Origin: a virus
Reading direction: 5' to 3' (one strand)
Length of the DNA stretch: 64,000 nucleotides
IMG/VR virus record: IMGVR_UViG_3300031603_000002
Span: 32,596-96,595 of that record
Shown here in pieces: positions 41,161 to 49,700 of the stretch. The position numbers were made by a program, and so were the translations under genes. Below the pieces are notes generated by a model, which saw nothing but the letters and a program-made list of their open reading frames with translations, was not told the origin of the DNA and made no database searches. Each line of letters opens with the position of its first letter. Within the stretch, counting starts at the first letter, position 1.

Positions 41161-41337
41161 ATGAACAAAGCAACAATCAACATCGACAAAAACCTACACA
41201 AAAAACTGAAATTGCATTGTGCAATTCATGGTGTAAAACTAGGCACGCTCGTTGATAAGATTGTTGAGGGGTGGTTGGAAGATGCTGGTAGAAATAACGA
41301 GAGAGAACGGGATCCGCGAAGCGATTCTCAAGTGTGA
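41161..41337 (+). CDS. ribbon-helix-helix DNA-binding protein (not in ORF track)
   Basis: MNKATINIDKNLHKKLKLHCAIHGVKLGTLVDKIVEGWL, 58 aa; ATACTTA 6 nt upstream. Confidence 0.7.
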   Translation: MNKATINIDKNLHKKLKLHCAIHGVKLGTLVDKIVEGWLEDAGRNNERERDPRSDSQV

Positions 41338-42220
41338 CCAATGTGATGATACGTTCAGAAAAACGTTTGGTTTCACAAAAAGATTTCATTTTTGTTCAAA
41401 GAAATGTGTATACGCAGCCCAAAGAAAAGGCGGTGTGTCGTATGAACTAAGAAAGAAAAGGTCACTTGAAAAGCATGGTACAGAATTTCCGATGTCAACT
41501 GACGCCGTCAAAAACACCCGCAGAAAAAACGTTAGGGCGAAATATGGTGTCGACAGCGTGTTTCAACTTGAAAGCATGAAGGAAAAGTCAAAACAGACAT
41601 GCCTTGAAAAGTACGGTGTTGAGGTTTATTCACAGGTTGATGAGTTTAAGGAACGCATCGCAGCAACTAACATGACGAAATTTGGCTATGGATCTCCAAT
41701 CGAAAATCCTGACGTTTTGGCGCGCCGCCGTACAACAATGCTTCGATTGTATGGAGGTCGATCAACATTCGAATCGCCTGTATTGCGCGAGCGAGCAAAA
41801 CGAACATGCCTTGAAAGATACGGTGTGCCAAATATCGTTTATTCACCATCATTTATTAGTTCATCGATGGACAAAAAACTCATGAAAACCCATGGTAAGA
41901 CATGGCAGCAATACAAAGACGAGCTACCTGCAAATCACGATTATAGACGAAGGGTCGATCATGTAACGAGAATGCAGCCAATTCATTTGCTTCAAAACAG
42001 CGAAAAAAGAGGTGAGTATCACTTGGACCACAAATATTCAGTAGCAGAAGGCTTCAGGAATAACGTCCCAGTTGAAATTATCGGGAGCATTGCAAATCTT
42101 GAATTTATACCCGCGACTGATAACATGAAAAAGGGCGCAGCATGCTCTATTACTGAACAACAGTTACGAAAACTATACTATACTAATCTAAAGGAGAACA
42201 CAAACAATGAAAACACATAA
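41282..42220 (+). CDS. free-standing HNH-like homing endonuclease with T.LEKYG repeats
   Basis: CDQC/FCSKKC; repeated KQTCLEKYGV-type units; YHLDHKYS...NLEFIP...N..K. Confidence 0.75.
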   Translation: MLVEITRENGIREAILKCDQCDDTFRKTFGFTKRFHFCSKKCVYAAQRKGGVSYELRKKRSLEKHGTEFPMSTDAVKNTRRKNVRAKYGVDSVFQLESMKEKSKQTCLEKYGVEVYSQVDEFKERIAATNMTKFGYGSPIENPDVLARRRTTMLRLYGGRSTFESPVLRERAKRTCLERYGVPNIVYSPSFISSSMDKKLMKTHGKTWQQYKDELPANHDYRRRVDHVTRMQPIHLLQNSEKRGEYHLDHKYSVAEGFRNNVPVEIIGSIANLEFIPATDNMKKGAACSITEQQLRKLYYTNLKENTNNENT

Positions 42221-42662
42221 ATGCTATCTTGCAGCCGGCTGGTTCAATCCCATTCAAGCCCAGGAACTAGATAAACTCGAGTCAGTACTTGACACCCGAG
42301 CCGATTGGATTGACTTAGCATCACCACGCAGAATCTTTATTTGCCCGCCAAACGCGTCAAAGGAGGTTCAAGACTCTACATACCATGGTAACCTGAAGCA
42401 TATTCGTGAGGCAGATTTTTTGATTGCAAATACGCGCGATAAAGATTTGGGTACGATCATGGAATGCGGCTATGCCGCAGCACATAAAAAACCGATCGTT
42501 TATTTCTGTGACGGACTGCCAGCGGGCGCCAAGTTCAATTTGATGCTGGCAAGATCGGCAATCAAGGTATGCACCTCATTCGACGAGCTTAATGATTACC
42601 TCGACCGATGCCACACGGCAGGTGAGCTTTTGGAGGAGCCATATGACGCAGCAATCGAATAA
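42207..42662 (+). CDS. nucleoside 2-deoxyribosyltransferase / nucleotide N-glycosidase family
   Basis: YLAAGWF, D.GT..ECGYA...KPI, FNLML. Confidence 0.85.
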   Translation: MKTHKCYLAAGWFNPIQAQELDKLESVLDTRADWIDLASPRRIFICPPNASKEVQDSTYHGNLKHIREADFLIANTRDKDLGTIMECGYAAAHKKPIVYFCDGLPAGAKFNLMLARSAIKVCTSFDELNDYLDRCHTAGELLEEPYDAAIE

Positions 42663-42951
42663 TATAAAATTGACGTTGACGCCGTCAATCGTGAACCATG
42701 AAGCAACTGTAAACGGTGTTGATGTTTGGTCAATCAAGCGGGGCTATATGTATTGGAACATTGCCGAGAACAGGACTGAAAAGTTTGATCCGCCACAGTA
42801 TAAAATGTTGGGCCTTTATGAAAAGATCGATGCCGAATCAGAGTTTGCACGCTCAGGCCGAGCTCACACGGTTACAATTATCAACTTCCCATCATTTAAG
42901 CCTCAGGAGATGTTTTTCAAGAAAATTGCTGAGGATGAGCTGGGAGAATGA
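42643..42951 (+). CDS. hypothetical protein
   Basis: GGAGG SD. Confidence 0.55.
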   Translation: MTQQSNNIKLTLTPSIVNHEATVNGVDVWSIKRGYMYWNIAENRTEKFDPPQYKMLGLYEKIDAESEFARSGRAHTVTIINFPSFKPQEMFFKKIAEDELGE

Positions 42952-43271
42952 TTCGCGGTACCTGCAAGGTTGGTGACTTAGTTTGGACGATCGGCCGAGG
43001 TATGCCGCATGCTGTTCGTCCTGGTTTGGTGACACGAGTAATAGCACCAACACACATCGAGTCGACATGGGATAAATATGAAGTCCTAGTCGATGGCCAG
43101 AAGAAAGAATTTTATGCAGAAAGCGTTTGTGAGTCAGAGGAGAAAGCTGAAAAGGTAGCTGTTGAATGCCGCCGCAACTCAGTCAGTCGTACAGGACAAA
43201 CATACCTTGAATCTGGTTTTGTTTATGCTCCGTATGTCCCGTTGGAAGTCACACCAACGCTGGTTGTTTAG
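42948..43271 (+). CDS. SH3-like protein with C-terminal capsid-protein-like peptide
   Basis: KVGDLVWTIG scaffold; tail GQTYLESGFVYAPYVPLEVTPT resembles the gp23 C-terminal strand. Confidence 0.7.
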   Translation: MIRGTCKVGDLVWTIGRGMPHAVRPGLVTRVIAPTHIESTWDKYEVLVDGQKKEFYAESVCESEEKAEKVAVECRRNSVSRTGQTYLESGFVYAPYVPLEVTPTLVV

Positions 43272-44191
43272 GGCCAGTTGGCCATAGCGGCTGCTTCATC
43301 ACGCAAAAACTTTTTGTAGCCGGCGGCACTTTCCACATCAACTGAAATAGCTGCCGCTGGAATTCTTGAGTATGTCCAAAACGATTTGCCTTTGTACCGC
43401 GACGTGGCAAATTCTGAATCTTCATAAAATTTCGTTCCGGGCAGCAATTTGCTCGTGTCAATTCTAAGAAACGTATAGTCCTCATAGTCGGATGCACTCG
43501 CGTCCGGACCATCATCCTGAAATGAAAAGGAGAGCTCGTCTGCCAATTCAAGACTTTGTGTGACGTATACTCGCGGGGAGTATTGCCGACCTTGTTTAAG
43601 CTTTTCTCCCGACTCGCTGTCTTTCCACTTATCTTCTTCAGTTGCATGCGACGCCTGCCGAGGGATTAATCCCTGTCGCAGGATCTTTTTTACGTCGTGT
43701 GATCTGGTGACGTGATATAGGTGAGATTCTGTTTCACTTACACGGTCGCCATAGTTTCTTTCGAGGTTATAACGAAGTTCTCGGGCAGGTGGTGGCCGAT
43801 GATTTGCAGAAAGAACCGACCATCCATAATTTTTAGATGTTTTTCGAATTATATCGTCTGCACGTTTTTCGACCATCGTTCTAATTGGTCCTGGGCTCAA
43901 AAATTGAGAAATATAAAACTCTATGACAACATATCCTGAGCCTCGATGTTGTTGCGCGATGTGTGACGCGTTCGAAATATCATCACGGACAAACCTTTCT
44001 AGCTTGTCATCATCACGAAGACCTGTCGATCCACGCAGTTTCGCTTTCATTTCACTCTTCGCGTCCGGCTCAGACAAAAGTTTCTTGATTTCTAAATTCA
44101 GGCGCTTTACTAAATGCTCAGCACCGACGGGCTGCATGCGTTTCTCAGCGAGTAATGTTTCACGAATTAATTGACGAAGTGTGTTAGTCAT
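43268..44191 (-). CDS. leader-bearing ADP-ribosyltransferase (Tpt1/KptA-like fold)
   Basis: LYHVT...ILRQGLIP...RVYVT...LRID...FYED...FWTYSRIP; N-term MTNTLRQLIRETLLAE; ATATTTA 5 nt upstream. Confidence 0.75.
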   Translation of the reverse strand: MTNTLRQLIRETLLAEKRMQPVGAEHLVKRLNLEIKKLLSEPDAKSEMKAKLRGSTGLRDDDKLERFVRDDISNASHIAQQHRGSGYVVIEFYISQFLSPGPIRTMVEKRADDIIRKTSKNYGWSVLSANHRPPPARELRYNLERNYGDRVSETESHLYHVTRSHDVKKILRQGLIPRQASHATEEDKWKDSESGEKLKQGRQYSPRVYVTQSLELADELSFSFQDDGPDASASDYEDYTFLRIDTSKLLPGTKFYEDSEFATSRYKGKSFWTYSRIPAAAISVDVESAAGYKKFLRDEAAAMANWP

Positions 44192-44221
44192 ATCATTAAA
44201 TATCGTGTAGTTCGCACCACG

Positions 44222-44249
44222 TGTAAATGGCGAAAAAACGTGGTATAAT
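44222..44249 (+). promoter_or_regulatory. sigma70-like promoter
   Basis: TGTAAA-16-TATAAT with TG extension. Confidence 0.75.
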
Positions 44250-44306
44250 ATGAACACGAGGCGTTCACACGTCGAGGACAATAAAACTCAACGGAGGGAT
44301 GATTAT

Positions 44307-44609
44307 ATGACTGCTGAGCACTGTATCACAAAGTTTCGAGAATGTGTGGAAGTCGGTGAATATGTTTCTGCCATACGCGTTTGGGCGGGATTGACTGGAA
44401 AGCTTTCTAGCGGCGCCGCGGAACCTTCAGATCGTAAACTCATCGTTGCTGTTCACGCTGCAATTCGTGTTGAGCTTGTGAATCTCATCGACGCAGCTAG
44501 AAAACCTCAGAATGCGCCGCAGCAGTATGATCGTTCCGGGTTGGATCTCCTGAAAGTGGCAATCGAGACAGGAGACTACAGTGAAACATCGCCAAGCAAA
44601 AAAGATTGA
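44307..44609 (+). CDS. hypothetical protein
   Basis: GGAGG SD. Confidence 0.6.
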   Translation: MTAEHCITKFRECVEVGEYVSAIRVWAGLTGKLSSGAAEPSDRKLIVAVHAAIRVELVNLIDAARKPQNAPQQYDRSGLDLLKVAIETGDYSETSPSKKD

Positions 44610-44820
44610 GAAAAACGCCTTTGACACGACCTGCACTCAATACAAGATCCACACGCTCAACGCTGCATATCGTCACCTGGGCTATGCCCTTCATGTTGTC
44701 GCGACTAATTTCGGTTTGCAACATCGTTGGTTTGAAAAAGGTCGCGATGCATTTGGGTATCGCTACGGTAAAAACCCATACGATTTATACCTGAAAAGGA
44801 AGAAAGATGAAAACCGGTGA
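44581..44820 (+). CDS. hypothetical protein
   Basis: AGGAG SD before GTG. Confidence 0.5.
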   Translation: MKHRQAKKIEKNAFDTTCTQYKIHTLNAAYRHLGYALHVVATNFGLQHRWFEKGRDAFGYRYGKNPYDLYLKRKKDENR

Positions 44821-45088
44821 TTTGGTTTGGGTAGCGAGAACACGACCGTACGGGCAAGCAACTCCTGCGAATCCCGAGTTTTATCTCGAGGGTCCGGTTT
44901 TGCTTATGGAACCCGTTGATAATTGGTCCGTGAGCTCGTTGAGCAACAAGCGTACAGGAGGGCCAGGCTTCAACGTTTTATACGACGGCAAAATTGGGTG
45001 TGTCTCATATGAAGATGTGTTTATGACAAAAGCCGAGGGTGATGAATGGGCTGATGCACCTATCGGCGATAAAATTGAGTTCCTCTAA
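44807..45088 (+). CDS. SH3-like hypothetical protein
   Basis: MKTGDLVWV...VFMTKAE. Confidence 0.6.
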   Translation: MKTGDLVWVARTRPYGQATPANPEFYLEGPVLLMEPVDNWSVSSLSNKRTGGPGFNVLYDGKIGCVSYEDVFMTKAEGDEWADAPIGDKIEFL

Positions 45089-45099
45089 AGGAGAATGAA

Positions 45100-45537
45100 A
45101 TGAAAACGTGGCAAGAAAAATCGAAAGAAGCAATGAAGGCCGACTGGAAAATGGTCTGGCAAGGATGCCTGGTTAGGGACTTGACGACTGGTTATTGGCG
45201 CCGAGTCATTACCGTTTACTGTCCAAACATGAATGATTGGCATTTCCTCGGGATCAAAGCAGGGTGCGGACAAGTTCATGACAAGCAAACCGATGTGTAT
45301 CTCGACCTTGTTGACGAGGGAACGGTCGGCTGTATTCAGCGTGCCGTCGAGGGTGCTTGTAATTACTACGAGCTTGATTTGTCGTGGAAGAAAACACATC
45401 GGCCCGATATGTGGACTGTTTCAATTGTCAAGAATGAGATGACGTTTTATTCAAAAACAGTGAAAGCGACTGATGAAGCGGCCCTCGGCATCTTGGCACT
45501 GGATGCCCTAACATGGGTCCGTGGATATGAGGAATAG
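45100..45537 (+). CDS. hypothetical protein
   Basis: AGGAG SD. Confidence 0.6.
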   Translation: MKTWQEKSKEAMKADWKMVWQGCLVRDLTTGYWRRVITVYCPNMNDWHFLGIKAGCGQVHDKQTDVYLDLVDEGTVGCIQRAVEGACNYYELDLSWKKTHRPDMWTVSIVKNEMTFYSKTVKATDEAALGILALDALTWVRGYEE

Positions 45538-45540
45538 GAA

Positions 45541-45780
45541 ATGAACACTGACAGAATCATTACATTGGTTATTTGCACAGTGATTGCGTGCGGAGCCTCC
45601 TATAACGTTGGGGAAGCCAGAGGTATTACTCAAGGCAAATACGAAGTTGACTGCTACGAAAAAGTGCATAAAACTCGCGCAGCGCTTATCAAAGTAAACG
45701 AGTCACCGTGCCTCATTGAAAAGATTGAGTATGATGCATGTAAGAAAGTAGAGGCATTGATGAAAAACATAAAACAATAG
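45541..45780 (+). CDS. small membrane-anchored protein
   Basis: N-terminal hydrophobic helix. Confidence 0.55.
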   Translation: MNTDRIITLVICTVIACGASYNVGEARGITQGKYEVDCYEKVHKTRAALIKVNESPCLIEKIEYDACKKVEALMKNIKQ

Positions 45781-45821
45781 AAAAGGTTGAGTGTCCATGA
45801 ATGTTACCTATACTTAGACAC

Positions 45822-46733
45822 ATGAAGATATACACCAAAACATGCCAAGTTTGCGATTGCAAATTTGAAACGAAGAACGGGACAGTGAAAACCTGCGGGA
45901 AAACCTGTAGTTACAAGCTTAGGAACAAAACCAGGCACACTAAACATGAACCAATTGAGAAGGTGTGCCTGGTTTGCTCTGGAACGTTCCAAGACACCAG
46001 CAAAAAGAAACAGGTGTCCAAATGTTTTCCGTGCGTCCAGGACGGAATGGTGGCCACCAGAAGGGCAAATGGAAGCTATGTCCGGACTGACGAGCAGAAT
46101 GCGAAACTTAGTGCATCGCTAAATAAGATGTATGCAGCCGGAATCGGGTTTGTGTCTGATGAAGCAAAAGAGAGGATGTCGAAAGACTTAGCGGCTCGCT
46201 GGAAAACCGAAGAATTCAGAACAAAGGTGAAACAAGGATATTTGGAAAACCATGGTGTCGAGCACTGGACGAAAACACCTGAAGCTCGCAAACTTGCAAG
46301 CACCCGAAGTAAAGGATATCGGCACTCTGAAGAAACAAAACGAAAAATGAGAATATCGGCCTCAAAACGTATCCGTGAAGGCAGGAACAAACATTCATTT
46401 TTTGGCCGCGGGGGAACCCGTGAGGATCTAGGGTTGTATGTTCGAAGCAGTTGGGAAGCTAACTTCGCACGTTACTTGGCTCATGAAGGAAAAGTATTTG
46501 AATATGAACCTGACAGTTTCACGCTTGAAAGTGGAAGAACATACACACCGGATTTCAAAGTTGGTGATTTGTATTACGAAGTGAAGGGTTGGTGGACACC
46601 CAGGGCGAAAGAAAAGTTTGCTGAATTTAGGGTGCAATACCCTGAAGTAAAAATTGAAATAGTCGATGAATCTGCGTATAATGATCTTTGTGGACGATAC
46701 TCATCCACAATACAACACTGGGAATCTAAATGA
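45822..46733 (+). CDS. free-standing PD-(D/E)XK homing-type endonuclease with NUMOD3 and Zn ribbons
   Basis: CxxC repeats, KGYRHSEETKRKM, RSSWEANFA...YEP...YTPDF...EVKG; ATACTTA 5 nt upstream. Confidence 0.8.
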   Translation: MKIYTKTCQVCDCKFETKNGTVKTCGKTCSYKLRNKTRHTKHEPIEKVCLVCSGTFQDTSKKKQVSKCFPCVQDGMVATRRANGSYVRTDEQNAKLSASLNKMYAAGIGFVSDEAKERMSKDLAARWKTEEFRTKVKQGYLENHGVEHWTKTPEARKLASTRSKGYRHSEETKRKMRISASKRIREGRNKHSFFGRGGTREDLGLYVRSSWEANFARYLAHEGKVFEYEPDSFTLESGRTYTPDFKVGDLYYEVKGWWTPRAKEKFAEFRVQYPEVKIEIVDESAYNDLCGRYSSTIQHWESK

Positions 46734-49700
46734 CAGGTATTCTAACTCCTCCGGATCGCTTTGTGTCTATACACGGCCATTCCGATTTTTCGCCGTATGA
46801 CGGTCTAGGGCACCCCAGCCAACACATTGACTTCTGTTTGTCGAACGAGCTGGACGCCTGGACACTGACAGATCATGGCAATGGCAACGGGCTGGCACAT
46901 GCTCATGCACATGCTAAAAAGCTAAAGAAACAGGGCAGGAACTATCGTCAAATCTACGGCGTTGAGTTCTACTTTGTCCCGTCTCTAAAAGAATGGGCAA
47001 CAAACCGTGCCGCTCAAAAAGACGCAAAAAAGGTGGGACGTGAAGATACTGATAAGGAAGCCGGCCTTGTAGTTGAAGATGTGGCCGAATCCCGCGTGGA
47101 CATTTCAGGTTTCAATGTAAACCGTCGCCACCACCTCGTTGTCATTGCAAAAAACGCAACCGGTCTTTCGAACCTATTCACATTGGTGAAGCGCTCTTTC
47201 ATGGAGGGGTTCTACAGGTTTCCACGAATTGACTATGAGATGCTGAAGGAGCACGGCGAAGGCCTTGTAGTTTCTACGGCATGCGTCTCAGGTCGCCCAG
47301 CAGGCATCATTTTCCAGGAGTTTCCTGATACAAAGTTCATGGGGTTGAATCCCGGACTTGTTGACGACGCAAAATTGCGTGGTAAGATCGTTGGAAATAT
47401 CGAGAACATGATTGACCGCTTCACAGACTGTGTGGGTGTTGACAACTTCTTCTTGGAATTGCAGTTCAATGAGCTCGGGGCGCAGGACCTAACAAACCGT
47501 TGTGTTCTTGATGCTGCTAAAAAGACAGGAACCCGCTTGATTTCGACCGCTGATTCTCACTTTCCTGGTCCTGACCTTTGGAAGGCTCGTGAGATTTATC
47601 GCAATTTGCTTCCCGGCCGGATGAAGGTTGGCGAAGAGATTAAATTGCCCGAGCGTGAAGATATGAAGACCATGCTTTACCCGAAGAACGCAAAACAAAT
47701 GTGGGACGAATACCTGAAGTGTCGTGACAAGTATGACTGGTATGAAGGAACAGAAGATCTGGTTCGTGGTTCCATTGAGAACGGCCACGATGTTGCATGG
47801 CAAATGTGCGACGAGGTCTGGTTCGACACATCAGCCAAATTGCCATCATTCGATAGACCTGAAAAATCAGCATTCGACCAGCTCCGAGATAACGTGAAGC
47901 AGGCTTTGGTTGATGAAGGCCTGTCGAAAGACAAGGTTTACGTCGCCAGAGCGTTGTCAGAGTTAAGCGACATCAAGTTCCTAGGCTTTGAAAACTACTT
48001 CTTGACGCTACAGAAGGTGATGCATCTCGCTGAGCAAAAGACATTGATGGGTGCAGGACGTGGTTCTGGCGCCGGTTCATTGGTGAATTACCTTCTGGGC
48101 ATCACCCATGTTGACCCAATCCCGCATGGCTTGCTTTGGAGCAGGTTCCTTGGGCGTCACCGTGTCGGTTGGCCTGACATCGATGTTGACGCTGGAGACC
48201 GTGATGAGCTGATTTTCGCAGCCCGAGAACTGTTCGGCGACGACTCAGTAATCCCAGTCTCGAACTTCAATACACTGAAATTGAAATCGCTGGTCAAGGA
48301 TGTTTCGAAGTTCTTCGGTGTCCCATTCACTGAAGTCAATGCGGTCACAGGACCATTGGAGAAAGAGGTCGAGCGGAAATCACGTGATCCGAATATGGAG
48401 AAGTCCATGTTTGTGCTCAAGCATGATGATTGCATGAAGTACTCAAAAGCATATAAAGCGTTCATGGAGAAATATCCTGATGTCGAGAGTAACATCAAGG
48501 CTCTCTTCATGATGAATCGATCTGTTGGTCGCCATGCAGGTGGTGTTCTGATTTGTCCTGAATTGGAAAAGTCGATGCCGCTAATCAAGGTCCGCGGAGA
48601 GCTTCAAACGCCATGGACTGAAGGTGTAAACATTCGGAACCTTGAAGAGAACGGGTTCTTGAAATTCGACTTCCTCGGTCTCAAGCAAATGAAAATGGTG
48701 GAGAGTTGTATTCGACGAATCCTGAAAAAGGAAACTGGGAAAGCTCCAACATTCCTTGAAATCAAGGCATTCTATGATGACAAACTCAACTGTCGATACG
48801 TGAAACCTGATGATACCACTGTCTTCGACAACGTGTATAAGCAAGGTAAGTGGCCAGGCATCTTCCAGTTTACATCAAGCGGAGCCCGCAAGTTCTGCAA
48901 AGATGCCCAGGTCAATAATGTGACCGAGTTGGCGGCCGTGACTGCAATTTATCGTCCTGGTCCGCTAAAAGCCAATGTGCATAAGGATTATGTGAAAGCT
49001 AAGGGAAACCCTGCAGCACAGGTCTACGATCATCCTGTTATTAAGGAGGTCTTGGAGGAAACGTGCGGCTTCATTGTGTTTCAGGAGAGTTTCATGCTCT
49101 TGGCTGTCAAACTTGCTGGATTTACCGAAGGTGAGTCTGATAAGATGCGGAAAACGCTGGTGAAGAAGGACCTGACGTCATTAGGTTCGAAAACATCTGA
49201 GAAGGCAATCCTTGAAAAGAAATTCGTGGATGGTTGTATTGAGAAAAGTGGCATGCCTCGCAAGAAAGCGCAGGACTTGTTTGATAAGATTGCGTACTTC
49301 TCATTGTACGGTTTCAACAAGTCACATGCAATTGCGTATGCCATCGATTCGTATTACGGAGCATGGTTGCTGACCCACTATGAGAAGGAATGGCTGGCAA
49401 CTGTCCTTGAAACAGAGAATGGCAGCCCGAAGGGTCTTTCGAAGGCGCTGGCTGAAATCAAGGAGCTCGGACATGCAATCGCGAAGGTCGATGTGAACTA
49501 TTCAGACTTCGAGTGGACATTTGCTGAGGCTGCAGGTGCTTTCGTGCCTCCGATGGCAGCAGTAAAGGGTATTGGTAAGGTCGCCATGCGTGAGATTATC
49601 AGCCAACGGCCATTCAAAACGCTTGATGCACTATTCTTCGATGAGGATGGCAACTGGAAACTGAGCAAGGCTAACAAAACAGCCTTGAAAGCACTCTGCA

